From NCBI GenBank assembly GCA_016838795.1, contig JAEHKQ010000073.1, positions 1-26,499 on the forward strand: a DNA stretch of 26,499 nt, read 5' to 3'. The notes under the pieces are model-generated. The model had not been told where the DNA came from, did not search any database, and worked only from the letters and a program-made list of their open reading frames with translations. Each line of letters begins with the position of its first letter. Position 1 is the stretch's first letter. Positions 13,371-23,237 of the stretch are shown here, piece after piece. This DNA comes from Nitrosopumilales archaeon (GTDB taxonomy: Archaea; Thermoproteota; Nitrososphaeria; Nitrososphaerales; Nitrosopumilaceae). The position numbers were made by a program, and so were the translations under genes.

Positions 13371-15404
13371 ATGGAGGTCCAACAATTTCTGCCTATAGGT
13401 GCAGGCATCGCTTCTTTTATCTTGGCTGGCGGATTTGCGGCATGGGTTGTAAAACAAAAAGCCGGCACAAAAGAAATGTTGGAAATCTCTAATGCAGTAA
13501 GAGACGGCGCTGCCGCTTTTCTGAAAAGAGAAATGAAAATTATTATTCCCATAGCAATTGGACTTTCAGTTGTTATTGGTTATTTTATTGGGTTTTCAAA
13601 CGGAATTGCATTTGCAGTTGGTGCAGCACTTTCAGCAATTTCAGGATTAATTTCACTAAAAATCACTGTCAAAGCAGCTGTTAGAACAGCAAATTCTACA
13701 AGCGGCGGACTGGGTAAAACATTTGCATTAGCATTTAGAGGCGGCGCTACGGTCGGTCTTGCAGTACCAGCTATGGCTTTGCTTGCAATTACAGGACTTT
13801 ACTTTGTATTTCCTGATCCTATCACAATTGCTGGTGTTGGAATTGGAGCAAGTCTGATTGCTCTATTCATCAGAATTGGTGGTGGCATTTACACCAAGGC
13901 TGCAGATATGGCTGCAGATTTAGTTGGAAAGATTGAGGCAAACATTCCTGAAGACGATCCTAGAAATCCTGCAACAATTGCTGATAATGTTGGGGATAAT
14001 GTAGGAGATGCAGCAGGAATGGGTTCGGATATTTACGAATCTTACATTGTTACAATACTTGCCTCAATACTAATTGCAGCCCTAATTGGAGCGCCAGAAC
14101 ACCTTCTTTACCCAATTTTAGTCGGTGCTGCGGGGATGATTGCTTCAATGATTGGAGTTATGACTGTTGGTTCTAAGAACATTACAGACGTGATGAAGCC
14201 TCTTACTAGATCCTTTTTTATCGCAGCTGGAATTGCAATTACACTAAACTTTGTTTTTATGTATTATTTCCTTGGACAGGATACAATTGCATATGCATTA
14301 TTTGGCTCAACGGTAATTGGTGTTTTGCTAGTTCCAGTAATTCAAAAAATTACAGACAGGTATACTAATTACAAATACAGGCCAGTTCAAGAAATAGCCG
14401 AATCTGCAAAGTGGGGATATGCTTCACTAACTCTGGCAGGAATTACCAAAGGAATGCAATCAACAGGTCCATTTATGATTGTACTAGTAATTGCCATCAT
14501 TGTTTCATTTGCAATCTCATCATCAGCAGCTCCTGACCCATCGCAAGCTTTAATCTATGGAATTTTTGGAACATCACTTACTGCTATGGCAATGCTTAGT
14601 CTTGCGGGAATTGTTCTAAGTATTGATGCATTTGGACCAATTGCAGATAACGCTGGTGGAATTGTTGAGATGACCCACATGGGAGAAGAAAATCGTAAAA
14701 TTACCGATAAGATTGATGCTGCTGGTAACACTACAAAAGCAATTACTAAAGGCTTTGCAATTGCGAGTGCAGGACTTGCTGCACTAGCGATGATTCAAGC
14801 GTTTCAGTTTGAGGCAGCTGAATATTTCAACCAAGTCTTTGACTATAGTCTTACAAATCCAACAGTAATTGTAGGCCTTCTAGTTGGAGGTCTTATTCCA
14901 TTCTATATTACTGGTCAGCTAATCGCTGCGGTATCCAGAACTGCCTCTATACTGGTTGATGAAATACGGAGACAATTCAAGAGTGACCCAGGAATTCTCA
15001 CTGGTAAATCAAAACCTGATTATGCAAAATGTGTTGATATCGCTACTGTGGCTTCTATCAAAGAGCTCTGGAAACCCGCTAGTATTGCAATTGCCGCACC
15101 TATCATTCTTGGAGTATTGTTAGGACCTACAGCCGTTGCCGGTCTTTTAATGGGAGCAGTGGTTACCGGAATATTCCTCGCGTTCCATCTTGTTAATACT
15201 GGCGGTGCATGGGATAATGCAAAGAAACTGATTGAAATGAAAGGTGAGAAAGGAACCGAAGAACACAAAGTAGCTGTGGTTGGAGACATTATCGGTGATC
15301 CATACAAAGACACTGCTGGACCTGCATTGAATACTGTAATTAAATTACTAAATACGGTTGCAATAGTTTTCGTTTCTGCCTTTGTCACAATAATTGTTAT
15401 CTAA
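13371..15404 (+). CDS. hppA: Membrane-bound H+-translocating pyrophosphatase, K+-independent type
   Basis: GGGIYTKAAD, EDDPRNPATIADNVGDNVGD, DAFGPIADNAGG, GNTTKA (Lys at the K+-dependence position), GGAWDNAKK and GDPYKDTAGP motifs. Confidence 0.97.
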   Translation: MEVQQFLPIGAGIASFILAGGFAAWVVKQKAGTKEMLEISNAVRDGAAAFLKREMKIIIPIAIGLSVVIGYFIGFSNGIAFAVGAALSAISGLISLKITVKAAVRTANSTSGGLGKTFALAFRGGATVGLAVPAMALLAITGLYFVFPDPITIAGVGIGASLIALFIRIGGGIYTKAADMAADLVGKIEANIPEDDPRNPATIADNVGDNVGDAAGMGSDIYESYIVTILASILIAALIGAPEHLLYPILVGAAGMIASMIGVMTVGSKNITDVMKPLTRSFFIAAGIAITLNFVFMYYFLGQDTIAYALFGSTVIGVLLVPVIQKITDRYTNYKYRPVQEIAESAKWGYASLTLAGITKGMQSTGPFMIVLVIAIIVSFAISSSAAPDPSQALIYGIFGTSLTAMAMLSLAGIVLSIDAFGPIADNAGGIVEMTHMGEENRKITDKIDAAGNTTKAITKGFAIASAGLAALAMIQAFQFEAAEYFNQVFDYSLTNPTVIVGLLVGGLIPFYITGQLIAAVSRTASILVDEIRRQFKSDPGILTGKSKPDYAKCVDIATVASIKELWKPASIAIAAPIILGVLLGPTAVAGLLMGAVVTGIFLAFHLVNTGGAWDNAKKLIEMKGEKGTEEHKVAVVGDIIGDPYKDTAGPALNTVIKLLNTVAIVFVSAFVTIIVI

Positions 15405-15405
15405 A

Positions 15406-15588
15406 TTATTCTTCAATAACTAGTGTCATATCAAGTTCATCTATCTGTGCTTTGATTGCTCTTTTCAAGGTATCATTGTGTTCATCACAAAATTTGAAAT
15501 AGTTGTCAACTGTTTGAAAACAACCACAAATCCATTTTGTTTCTTTATCTCCTTCTACTGTATGTTTTGCGTATGGGTGTTCTTCCAT
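15406..15588 (-). CDS. Small hypothetical protein with CxC...C..H
   Basis: 60-aa ORF, ATG start, stop 1 bp from the convergent hppA stop. Confidence 0.6.
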   Translation of the reverse strand: MEEHPYAKHTVEGDKETKWICGCFQTVDNYFKFCDEHNDTLKRAIKAQIDELDMTLVIEE

Positions 15589-15650
15589 AGTTATGAAAAA
15601 CGGAGACAGCTAAAAAACTTTGATAGAAAAAACGAAAAATTGAAAGGTGT

Positions 15651-15908
15651 TTATGAACAGCCTTCCATTTTTTGAATGAAAAATCCGTCTTGTTCTATTG
15701 CTTGCTCAACAGGTTCAGGTGCACCCTGCGAGTGACAGAATTGACATTCTTCTGTGGTAACACTTGCTTCTCCTTCACCAATTGAGGATAACCACTTTTT
15801 AGCATAGTCGATTGCTTTATCGTGATCCTTTTTTGAGGTAATTACATCAAAATGCATTGTGTGGCCATCTTTGGCTTTGACGTAAGTGTCGTATACATGA
15901 ATTTCCAT
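15651..15908 (-). CDS. DUF2024 family protein
   Basis: VYDTYVKAKDGHTMHFDV ... ECQFCHS ... GFFIQKMEGC. Start moved to ATG 15908 (MEIHV); family recognised from memory. Confidence 0.7.
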   Translation of the reverse strand: MEIHVYDTYVKAKDGHTMHFDVITSKKDHDKAIDYAKKWLSSIGEGEASVTTEECQFCHSQGAPEPVEQAIEQDGFFIQKMEGCS

Positions 15909-15957
15909 AGAATAAATGAAAGACAAGGGATATTTAATTCAAATAACTACTGCACAC

Positions 15958-16350
15958 ATGAAACACAAGATTGAGATTGTTATTCCACAGTTAAAAAATA
16001 TAGAAATAGAACTAGATGATTCAAACTCTCCAAACACGGTCAAAAAATTTGTTGAAAATTTACCGTTCACAGTTAGTCTGAACTTATGGGGCGACGAAAT
16101 TTATACTGAAGAATCACCAATCCAAGAAAAAGAAGAAAATGCAAAACCTCTAGTTGAATTAAATGATGTAGCATATTGGCCTACAGGAAAAGCCATCTGC
16201 TTGTTTTATGGCCCAACTCCAATTGGCAAAAAAGGAGAAATCAAACCATACTCACCAGTAAACATTGTTGGAAAAATTCTCAAACCTGACAAATCCATTT
16301 TAAGAAAGATTTCTGATGGTTCTGAAGCTACCTTTCAGCTCAAGAAATAA
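15958..16350 (+). CDS. Cyclophilin-like fold protein (DUF369/TM1367-like)
   Basis: LPF......WGDEIY, GDVAYWP-like 'NDVAYWPTGKAICLFYGPTP', SPVNIVG. Likely start is ATG 15958. Confidence 0.85.
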   Translation: MKHKIEIVIPQLKNIEIELDDSNSPNTVKKFVENLPFTVSLNLWGDEIYTEESPIQEKEENAKPLVELNDVAYWPTGKAICLFYGPTPIGKKGEIKPYSPVNIVGKILKPDKSILRKISDGSEATFQLKK

Positions 16351-16747
16351 CAATTGGTATTTCGATTATTTCCGGTTCTAACTCAAACGCTTTAAGCTCA
16401 TTTGATTCTCCCGAAGAAATTATCCAAATAACTGGATTAGAATACATGAATTTTTTGTCTGTACTTGACGGATAAGCATTTGAGCCAGGATGGGAGTGAA
16501 AAATTCCAACAACATCTAGATTTTTTTCTTCTGCCATTTTGTATGCTTTGAGAAGTTCCTCATTTGAAATAGTAAAATTAATGGGAGAATCATCAATATT
16601 CTCTGTCAAAAACACATCTTTCACCATGCTTTTTTCGTTCTCTATTTTTCCAAATAATATGGCACAGGATTCATTTGGATTCGATTTTGAGGCGTGGTTT
16701 AACAAAAGCTCTTTTTGGGCTTGTGAAATAACGATTGATTTTTCCAA
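16340..16747 (-). CDS. JAB/MPN (JAMM) domain metalloprotease
   Basis: PNESC..LFG and FHSHP....PS.TD JAMM motif. Likely TTG start at 16747, 2 nt after the upstream stop. Confidence 0.9.
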   Translation of the reverse strand: MEKSIVISQAQKELLLNHASKSNPNESCAILFGKIENEKSMVKDVFLTENIDDSPINFTISNEELLKAYKMAEEKNLDVVGIFHSHPGSNAYPSSTDKKFMYSNPVIWIISSGESNELKAFELEPEIIEIPIVIS

Positions 16748-16749
16748 AA

Positions 16750-17550
16750 CTATTCTTCTACAATAAGAGTAGATACCATCCATGGATGAACAATGCACAT
16801 GTACTCATATGCTCCCAAAGAAAGGTCCTTCGTGCTAATTAGAAACTTTTCACCAGAATTTAGCAAACCAGAATCAAAGGTTTCACCAAAGTCAATCGAA
16901 CTGGTAACTGTATGAACCACGTTATCATTATTTGTCCACTCTACAACATGACCTTTGGGGACATTGGCAACATCAGGCTCGTAATCAGGCATTTCTTGCT
17001 CAGCTGATCCCTCCAAAATAGAAATCGTAAATACTGGAGTACCAGTAGGTATTACTTTAACTATTTCTTCAACTGTTTCTTCGGCAACTTCCTGTAAAAG
17101 ATATGGTGAAGGACCATACACTCCAAATCCAACGTATGCTGTAATTATTGCTACTACAGAAAGAATCATGATTCCAGCAATAGGCTTTAGATACTTTGGC
17201 ATTTTCATTGCAACATAAGCAATTACAATGGATGGTATTGTAATCATCATCATTAGTCCAGCAAATGTTGGAAGAATACTACTTTCACTCATTGTGAGTG
17301 CAAGAACTCCAAAAGATGATGCAATAGCCAAAATCACTAAAGTAGTTACTTTTGCTTTATTGCTTGTTGAAACCCCTCCTTCCAAAATACCGGCGGAGAG
17401 AAAAATAAGACCAAAAAACATAGTAAGTCCTGCAAGTGCGTGCATTCCATCGCTGAAAGTATGTGCAATGCCTGCATACGAAATAACGACTCCCGCTAAC
17501 CCTATGGAAGTTAGACCCATCCCTGGCATCATTAGGTCCCAATTGCTCAT
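16750..17550 (-). CDS. Membrane-anchored blue (type-1) copper cupredoxin protein
   Basis: About 5 N-terminal TM helices; C-terminal W.N.D...HTVTS...FDSG...Y.Y.CIVHPWM (His, Cys, His, Met ligands). Confidence 0.9.
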   Translation of the reverse strand: MSNWDLMMPGMGLTSIGLAGVVISYAGIAHTFSDGMHALAGLTMFFGLIFLSAGILEGGVSTSNKAKVTTLVILAIASSFGVLALTMSESSILPTFAGLMMMITIPSIVIAYVAMKMPKYLKPIAGIMILSVVAIITAYVGFGVYGPSPYLLQEVAEETVEEIVKVIPTGTPVFTISILEGSAEQEMPDYEPDVANVPKGHVVEWTNNDNVVHTVTSSIDFGETFDSGLLNSGEKFLISTKDLSLGAYEYMCIVHPWMVSTLIVEE

Positions 17551-17650
17551 TCGTAGTAGCTCGTTTCTGTGAGATACTTAATTCTTTTGAAACAATTTGG
17601 ATCAAAAAAGTCGAAGAAATTAAATTCCGATAGGAAAACCAAGAAGAGGA

Positions 17651-18523
17651 TTGGGTGCTAAAGAACTATTTGAGATATCAAAACCGCGCATTATCATACT
17701 TCTTGTGATAACTGCAGTGACATCAATGTATGCTGCAAGCAAACTTGTTGGACCAGAGCTAGACAATCTTGGTTTAATTCACATCATCATTGCTGGCACA
17801 CTCGCTTCTGCAGGTTCAAGTGCACTGAATCACTATTATGACAGAGACATTGATCTAAAAATGAAAAGGACAAGTGTACGTCCAATTCCATCAGGAAGAT
17901 TAAAAGCAAATCACGCACTTGTTTATGGTTTAGCGGTTAGCTGTGCAGCTGTCATCTATTCTTACTTTATGTTAAATCCTCTTACAACCTTCTTTATCGC
18001 ACTTGGAATCTTTTTCTACGTTATAGTTTACACACTGTGGCTTAAGCGCCTTAACCCATCAAACATTGTTATAGGTGGATTTGCTGGCAGTGCCGCATCG
18101 ATGGCAGGCTGGTCTGCTGCCACTGGCTCAATGGACATTTTGGGATTTTTGATAGGACTTCTTGTCTTTGCTTGGACCCCATCACACTTTTGGTGCCTTG
18201 CCATGAAGATCAAGGACGACTATGAACAAGCCGGAGTTCCAATGTTGCCTGTTGTAATTGGGATGCAAAAAACTTCAAAATACATTTTAGCAAATACAAT
18301 CATCTTACTGCCATTCTCTTTGATGCTGTATGCATTTGGTATGGGAATAGTTTACATAGTTATTGCAGCAATTTCTGGGGGAATGATGTTGGTATATCAT
18401 TACAAACTTACAAAGAATCCAACATCTGACTTTGCATGGAAAGCGTACAAAGTAACAGCTCCATATCTTACAATAATATTTGTGGGAATTGCATTAGACG
18501 CTGCTTTTCACTTTAGATTTTAA
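17651..18523 (+). CDS. ctaB: Protoheme IX farnesyltransferase (heme o synthase)
   Basis: KPRII.LL, N.YYDRDID..MKRT..RPIPSG, VYT.WLKR, NIVIGG.AG, WTPSHFW.LA, DY..AGVPMLPV. Confidence 0.96.
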   Translation: MGAKELFEISKPRIIILLVITAVTSMYAASKLVGPELDNLGLIHIIIAGTLASAGSSALNHYYDRDIDLKMKRTSVRPIPSGRLKANHALVYGLAVSCAAVIYSYFMLNPLTTFFIALGIFFYVIVYTLWLKRLNPSNIVIGGFAGSAASMAGWSAATGSMDILGFLIGLLVFAWTPSHFWCLAMKIKDDYEQAGVPMLPVVIGMQKTSKYILANTIILLPFSLMLYAFGMGIVYIVIAAISGGMMLVYHYKLTKNPTSDFAWKAYKVTAPYLTIIFVGIALDAAFHFRF

Positions 18524-18526
18524 AAT

Positions 18527-18826
18527 TTACTCGTTTTCTGCACCTGGAAAACTAGCTTCATAATCCTTTTCAATCATAGCTTTGTTTTGTGCTTCGATCT
18601 CATCTACTTCAACTTTTTCTGTTATTACCTCTATGCGACGAGTATCTTTTGTAAGCCATGTGACATTGATTCTGCCTATGATCTCCAGATCGAGTAGTAA
18701 CTTGTTGAATCTGTCTTCAGCAATAACAAAGCCATCCTTAATTAACGCCTTTGAAAGCTCGGAATCAGTAAGTGAACCATGTTCCTTAATCTTATCAAAT
18801 ACTGAATTTTTTAATGGGAGCGTCAT
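18527..18826 (-). CDS. Conserved hypothetical protein, winged-helix-like with acidic tail
   Basis: 99 aa, ATG start 2 nt after the cdc48 stop; 'FNKLLLDLEI.G.I.V' wHTH-like pattern. Confidence 0.75.
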   Translation of the reverse strand: MTLPLKNSVFDKIKEHGSLTDSELSKALIKDGFVIAEDRFNKLLLDLEIIGRINVTWLTKDTRRIEVITEKVEVDEIEAQNKAMIEKDYEASFPGAENE

Positions 18827-18828
18827 GT

Positions 18829-20997
18829 TTATCCGTAAAATGTTTTATCAATTGCTTTTGGTACCACGTTAGATATACTTTCTTTTACATTATTGTACCA
18901 CTGATCGACATCCTTAGTGATTGAAGGTCTGACCTTTTTCAACCCTGCTGCAAAGTCAGAACTAGAAATTTTATTCGAGTTGTTTTGCATTGCGCTCACA
19001 ACTGCTTCTCTACACAATGACGCCAAGTCAGCTCCAGTATAATTTTGAGTGGAAACCGCAATCTCTTGCAATTTTACATCACTGTCTAGCGGCATCTTTG
19101 TGGTCAAAATCTTAATGATCTCCAGCCTTCCTTTTTCATCGGGAGGATTAACAAAGAGCACAAGATCTAGTCTACCTGCTCTTAGTAAAGAGTTATCAAG
19201 TAAATCTGGTCTATTTGTAATTCCAATAACTACCACTCTTGAAGATACTCCCTCTTCCATCTCAGTTAGAAGCTGACTAAGAATAGTTTCTCCTGCTCCC
19301 TCTTCATTTGATTTGTATCTTGCAAGGGAGTCCAATTCATCAAAAATTACAACACATGGCGATGAAGCTTTAGCCTTTCTAAAAATTTCCCTTATAGCCT
19401 TTTCTGACTCTCCAACCCATTTTGAAAGAATTTCAGGACCTTTAACAAGTATCATATTTGCTCCACTTTCAGTTGCAAGAGCTCTTGCTAGTAATGTCTT
19501 TCCACAACCAGGAGGGCCATAGATCAATGCTCCTTTTGGCGGTTTAATTCCCATTTTGTTGAACTTTGCAGGGTCGTGCATTGCAAGAATTAGATTATCA
19601 TTCAGTGTTTTCTTTATCTCATCTAAACCTCCAACATCTTGCCACCATACCTTCGGCCTTTCAACATAAAATGCCCTCATCGCAGTTGGGACGACTTCAT
19701 GCATTGCGTCGTAAAAGTCAATTAATTTAATCTCCATCGTTAGTAAAACCTCAGATGGAATTCTTTCACTTTCTAAATCGATTTTGGGAAGATATCGCCT
19801 TATGGCTTTCATAGCTGTTTCTCTACACAGCGATTTAATGTCGGCGCCAGTGTAACCGTGCAATTCGGACGCTAGATCCTTTAGGTCAATTCCTTTAGCA
19901 AGTGGCATTCCGCGTGTGTGAATTTGAAGAATTTCCAACCTTCCATCATCATTTGGAACCGAAATTTCTACCTCTCTATCAAACCTACCGGGTCTTCTAA
20001 GTGCAGGATCTACACTATCAGGTCTATTTGTTGCACCTAAAACTATGACATTGCCCCGTTCTGTCAGTCCATCCATTAATGCAAGTAACTGGGCGACAAC
20101 TCTTTTTTCAACATCTCCATAGGCCTCTTCTCTCTTTGGAGCAATCGCATCAATTTCATCGATAAAAATTAAACTTGGAGAATTATCTTTTGCCTCTTTG
20201 AAAATATCTCTAAGACGAGCTTCTGTCTCTCCATAGTACTTGTTCATAATTTCTGGCCCATTAATTAAATACATGTTTGCTTCAGATTCATTTGCAAGAA
20301 CTTTTGCAATCAACGTCTTTCCACATCCTGGCGGTCCATAAAGTAAAATTCCACTGTGTGGTTCTACTCCCAATCTAGTGAAAAGCTCAGGATGCTGTAA
20401 TGGAAGCTCAACAATTTCTCTCATTGCCTTAATCTTAGTTCCTAGCCCACCAACTTCTTCGTATGTCAATCGAGGTTTCTTATCTCCTGTAGTCTCAGTC
20501 AGAATGGTAAGACTTGTAGAACGATCTATCTTCACAATACTTTTTGGAGAAATTTTGTTAATCTTAAAATCCATAGAATTACCAAGAATCATTACAGAAA
20601 TTTCATCACTTTGTGCAAGGGGCAATCCTTTCAATCTGTTTTTGACAAAATCTGTAAATTCTTTGTCTATTGTTACCGTGTCATTTACCGGCATCAAAAC
20701 AACTGTTTTTGCAACTTTACTGGAAATTTTTTTAACTTTAACAATATCATTTAATGACGCACCAACATTTTTTCTTGTTTGACCATCAATTCGCATTACG
20801 TCAGGATGTTTTTCATCTTCATCCGATGGCCAAACAACAGCACAGCTTGATTTAGAACCAGAAATTTCGATTACATCGCCAGGAGTAACTGTGAGAAAAT
20901 CCATCGCATCCGGTCCAATTCTTGCACGTTTTTTTCCAACATCCCTTTGTTTTGCCTCTCCTATTCGCATTTGTAAGGGCTCGTCTTTACGTACCAA
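18829..20997 (-). CDS. cdc48: CDC48/p97 family AAA+ ATPase
   Basis: N-domain plus two AAA modules (GPPGCGKT twice, [29 protein letters not shown]). Confidence 0.97.
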   Translation of the reverse strand: MVRKDEPLQMRIGEAKQRDVGKKRARIGPDAMDFLTVTPGDVIEISGSKSSCAVVWPSDEDEKHPDVMRIDGQTRKNVGASLNDIVKVKKISSKVAKTVVLMPVNDTVTIDKEFTDFVKNRLKGLPLAQSDEISVMILGNSMDFKINKISPKSIVKIDRSTSLTILTETTGDKKPRLTYEEVGGLGTKIKAMREIVELPLQHPELFTRLGVEPHSGILLYGPPGCGKTLIAKVLANESEANMYLINGPEIMNKYYGETEARLRDIFKEAKDNSPSLIFIDEIDAIAPKREEAYGDVEKRVVAQLLALMDGLTERGNVIVLGATNRPDSVDPALRRPGRFDREVEISVPNDDGRLEILQIHTRGMPLAKGIDLKDLASELHGYTGADIKSLCRETAMKAIRRYLPKIDLESERIPSEVLLTMEIKLIDFYDAMHEVVPTAMRAFYVERPKVWWQDVGGLDEIKKTLNDNLILAMHDPAKFNKMGIKPPKGALIYGPPGCGKTLLARALATESGANMILVKGPEILSKWVGESEKAIREIFRKAKASSPCVVIFDELDSLARYKSNEEGAGETILSQLLTEMEEGVSSRVVVIGITNRPDLLDNSLLRAGRLDLVLFVNPPDEKGRLEIIKILTTKMPLDSDVKLQEIAVSTQNYTGADLASLCREAVVSAMQNNSNKISSSDFAAGLKKVRPSITKDVDQWYNNVKESISNVVPKAIDKTFYG

Positions 20998-21005
20998 ACC
21001 GTCAC

Positions 21006-21287
21006 CTACTTTACATCAACCGACATTCTGCTCATGTTAAGAACTTCAAATTCACTTACACCTTCAACGGATCTAACTGAACCTTCTAACGAATCCATCT
21101 GTCCTTCCTTATCCTCCAAAATGAATTCTCCTTTGATAAAGTATAGGCCAAAAGCTAATGGCTCTTTAATGTAATTTCTCAACATGATTCCATCTTTGAG
21201 TGTCTGCTTGATCTTAACTGCTACTTGATCTAAATCAACTTCTGTGCCAGTTGGAAGGATTTTGATTATGAGTAAAAGTTGAGCCAT
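21006..21287 (-). CDS. ef1b: Archaeal elongation factor 1-beta
   Basis: KILP...DL, EPLAFGL, D.LE...R.VEGV; downstream of the Zn-ribbon gene as in many archaea. Confidence 0.93.
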   Translation of the reverse strand: MAQLLLIIKILPTGTEVDLDQVAVKIKQTLKDGIMLRNYIKEPLAFGLYFIKGEFILEDKEGQMDSLEGSVRSVEGVSEFEVLNMSRMSVDVK

Positions 21288-21291
21288 TTTT

Positions 21292-21468
21292 CTAAGGCCC
21301 CGAAAAGTTACATGAACTGCATGTATAATTTCTGGCTGCCTGTCTGCAACTTTGGCATCTCCAAATCAACACAGAACCACAGTTAGGACAGTCAAATTTT
21401 ACGCACTTATCATTAGGCATAATATTTCTGTGACAACAACTACATACTGGAAGTGATATAGTAGACAT
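21292..21468 (-). CDS. Zn-ribbon RNA-binding protein (COG2888/DUF1610-like)
   Basis: Not in the ORF track; hand translation [58 protein letters not shown], with four CxxC pairs and a C-terminal GP; upstream of aEF-1beta. Confidence 0.9.
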   Translation of the reverse strand: MSTISLPVCSCCHRNIMPNDKCVKFDCPNCGSVLIWRCQSCRQAARNYTCSSCNFSGP

Positions 21469-21524
21469 TATCCCAGATTCTCTACAGACCGGATTTATAC
21501 CTTCCTTGGAAAAATCCAGTCAGA

Positions 21525-22661
21525 TTACGATAGGAGTTTTTTGATTTCACTACCGATTAGCGTTTGAGCTGTTTTTATAGATCTCTTTATTCCAAGAAGT
21601 TTTATTATTGAACCAGTATGAAAATCAAAATCATCATTTTCTGAAATCTCTTTAGTTATTTCTGGAGTAATTGATTCGAACAACTTGTTAATTGTTTGAT
21701 TATCTAATCTCTCGAGTAATTTTCTTGCAAACAATTGTTTTTCAAACTCTTTTTCAAATTTTTCTTTCCATTTTTTTTGATATTCCTTGAGTTCAGATTT
21801 TTTTCCAGTCTCTAGATATTTTGCTATAGCTTGTCCAGCTAGAATTCCAGCAAATCCACAAGAAAAAATTCCTCCAGCTGTTGTCGGTTTTGATTGCCCA
21901 GCGGCATCACCAATTATTACCAATCTATCAGATACAAAATTGTCAATTGGACCTTTAATCCAAATTGGAGCAAAAATTTTTCTTATTATGGAAAACTTTC
22001 CTTTCTTTGAAAGAAATTCTTCTAGAACTTGTGCAGCTCTTATCCCTCTTCCTGCCACCCCTACCTTTCCCATCCCATCATTAGAAGGAATAATCCATGC
22101 AAAAAAGCCAGGATATTTTTCTTGATCAAAATAAACTTCTACTTTGTCTTTCTTGATCCAATCTGAATAAATCTCATATTGAGCAGACAAAAGAATACCA
22201 TCTCTATCTTTGTTAATGAGGGATGATACTCCCCTTGCATCAACAACAATTTTACATTTAATATCACCATCACTTGTCCTTACCCCCTCTTCTGTAAGTT
22301 CCTGAAAACTTGTTTTTACTTTGATATCTGCACCATTTTTTTGGGCTTGATGTGCTATTTGCTTGTCTAGCTCTCTTCTATTTACTTCTGCAACCTTTTG
22401 CTTTTTCGAGTCTATGATAAAACTATCACCATTTGGGGCAAAAACTTGAGCGGAATTTATCAAGTGTTCAAAAGTTTTACTGTGTGGAATTATTCCTAAT
22501 TCTTCTAATGCTGACAGGCTAACTAATCCGCCACAATGTTCGGGGGTGCCTATTTCATAATCCTCTTCCAAAACAAGTACACTATGTCCATTTCTAGCAA
22601 TTTCTCTAGCACAAAATAATCCTGCAACACTTCCTCCAGCAATTACAACATCGTAGTTCAT
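21525..22661 (-). CDS. Geranylgeranyl reductase family FAD-dependent oxidoreductase
   Basis: DVVIAGGSVAG, PEHCGG, VDARG, FFAWIIP, GDAAGQ.KP.T.GGI. Confidence 0.9.
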   Translation of the reverse strand: MNYDVVIAGGSVAGLFCAREIARNGHSVLVLEEDYEIGTPEHCGGLVSLSALEELGIIPHSKTFEHLINSAQVFAPNGDSFIIDSKKQKVAEVNRRELDKQIAHQAQKNGADIKVKTSFQELTEEGVRTSDGDIKCKIVVDARGVSSLINKDRDGILLSAQYEIYSDWIKKDKVEVYFDQEKYPGFFAWIIPSNDGMGKVGVAGRGIRAAQVLEEFLSKKGKFSIIRKIFAPIWIKGPIDNFVSDRLVIIGDAAGQSKPTTAGGIFSCGFAGILAGQAIAKYLETGKKSELKEYQKKWKEKFEKEFEKQLFARKLLERLDNQTINKLFESITPEITKEISENDDFDFHTGSIIKLLGIKRSIKTAQTLIGSEIKKLLS

Positions 22662-22827
22662 AGTTTGTATTTTTTGTACAATTATTTAATTTAAAAGATT
22701 GAATCCAAACACAAATTACCAAAATGGAACAGTCTAAATCGATCAATTTCCATATTCAATATGTCAAAATTAACTGATTCTATTGAGATGAAAAGTTTTT
22801 CATTACACTTGTTAATTGATATTGAAT

Positions 22828-23181
22828 ATGTCTAGTGTGAAACAAGTCATTGCTGTAAGAACTGATCTAGACATGGCGAAAGGAAAAATTGCTGCCCAAG
22901 TGGGCCATGCATGTGTTTTAGGTGCAGAACATGTCAGAAAATCCCATCCAGAGTGGTTTAACGAATGGTGGAATGGACAAGAAAAAGTTGTTGTTAAAGT
23001 GAATAGTATGAAAGAATTAGAAGAAGTAAGAGAACATGCAATTTCTCTAAACATCCCTTGGTCCGAAGTAACGGATGCAGGACATACGCAAATCGCTCCA
23101 GGAACCACGACTTGTATTTCGTTGGGGCCAGCTCCAGAAGATCTTATCAATAAAGTTACTGGAGATTTGAAATTATTATAA
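22828..23181 (+). CDS. pth2: Peptidyl-tRNA hydrolase Pth2
   Basis: KQVIAVRTDLDM.KGK.AAQV.HA, QEKVVVKV, DAGHTQIAPG..T...GP, VTG.LKLL. Likely start is ATG 22828. Confidence 0.96.
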   Translation: MSSVKQVIAVRTDLDMAKGKIAAQVGHACVLGAEHVRKSHPEWFNEWWNGQEKVVVKVNSMKELEEVREHAISLNIPWSEVTDAGHTQIAPGTTTCISLGPAPEDLINKVTGDLKLL

Positions 23182-23237
23182 TCCACATTTTGTTGTTGTT
23201 GGAATGAGATATAACATGGCTACTTAAGTTTTCAGTT

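Noticed and set aside
9196-22776. Shared ATGTCAAAATTAA at 9196-9208 and 22761-22773
   Set aside because: A 13-nt AT-rich match is plausible by chance among the window's intergenic sequences.
22788-22803. Palindrome ATGAAAA-GT-TTTTCAT upstream of pth2
   Set aside because: Low-complexity A/T arms before a housekeeping gene, with no second copy seen.
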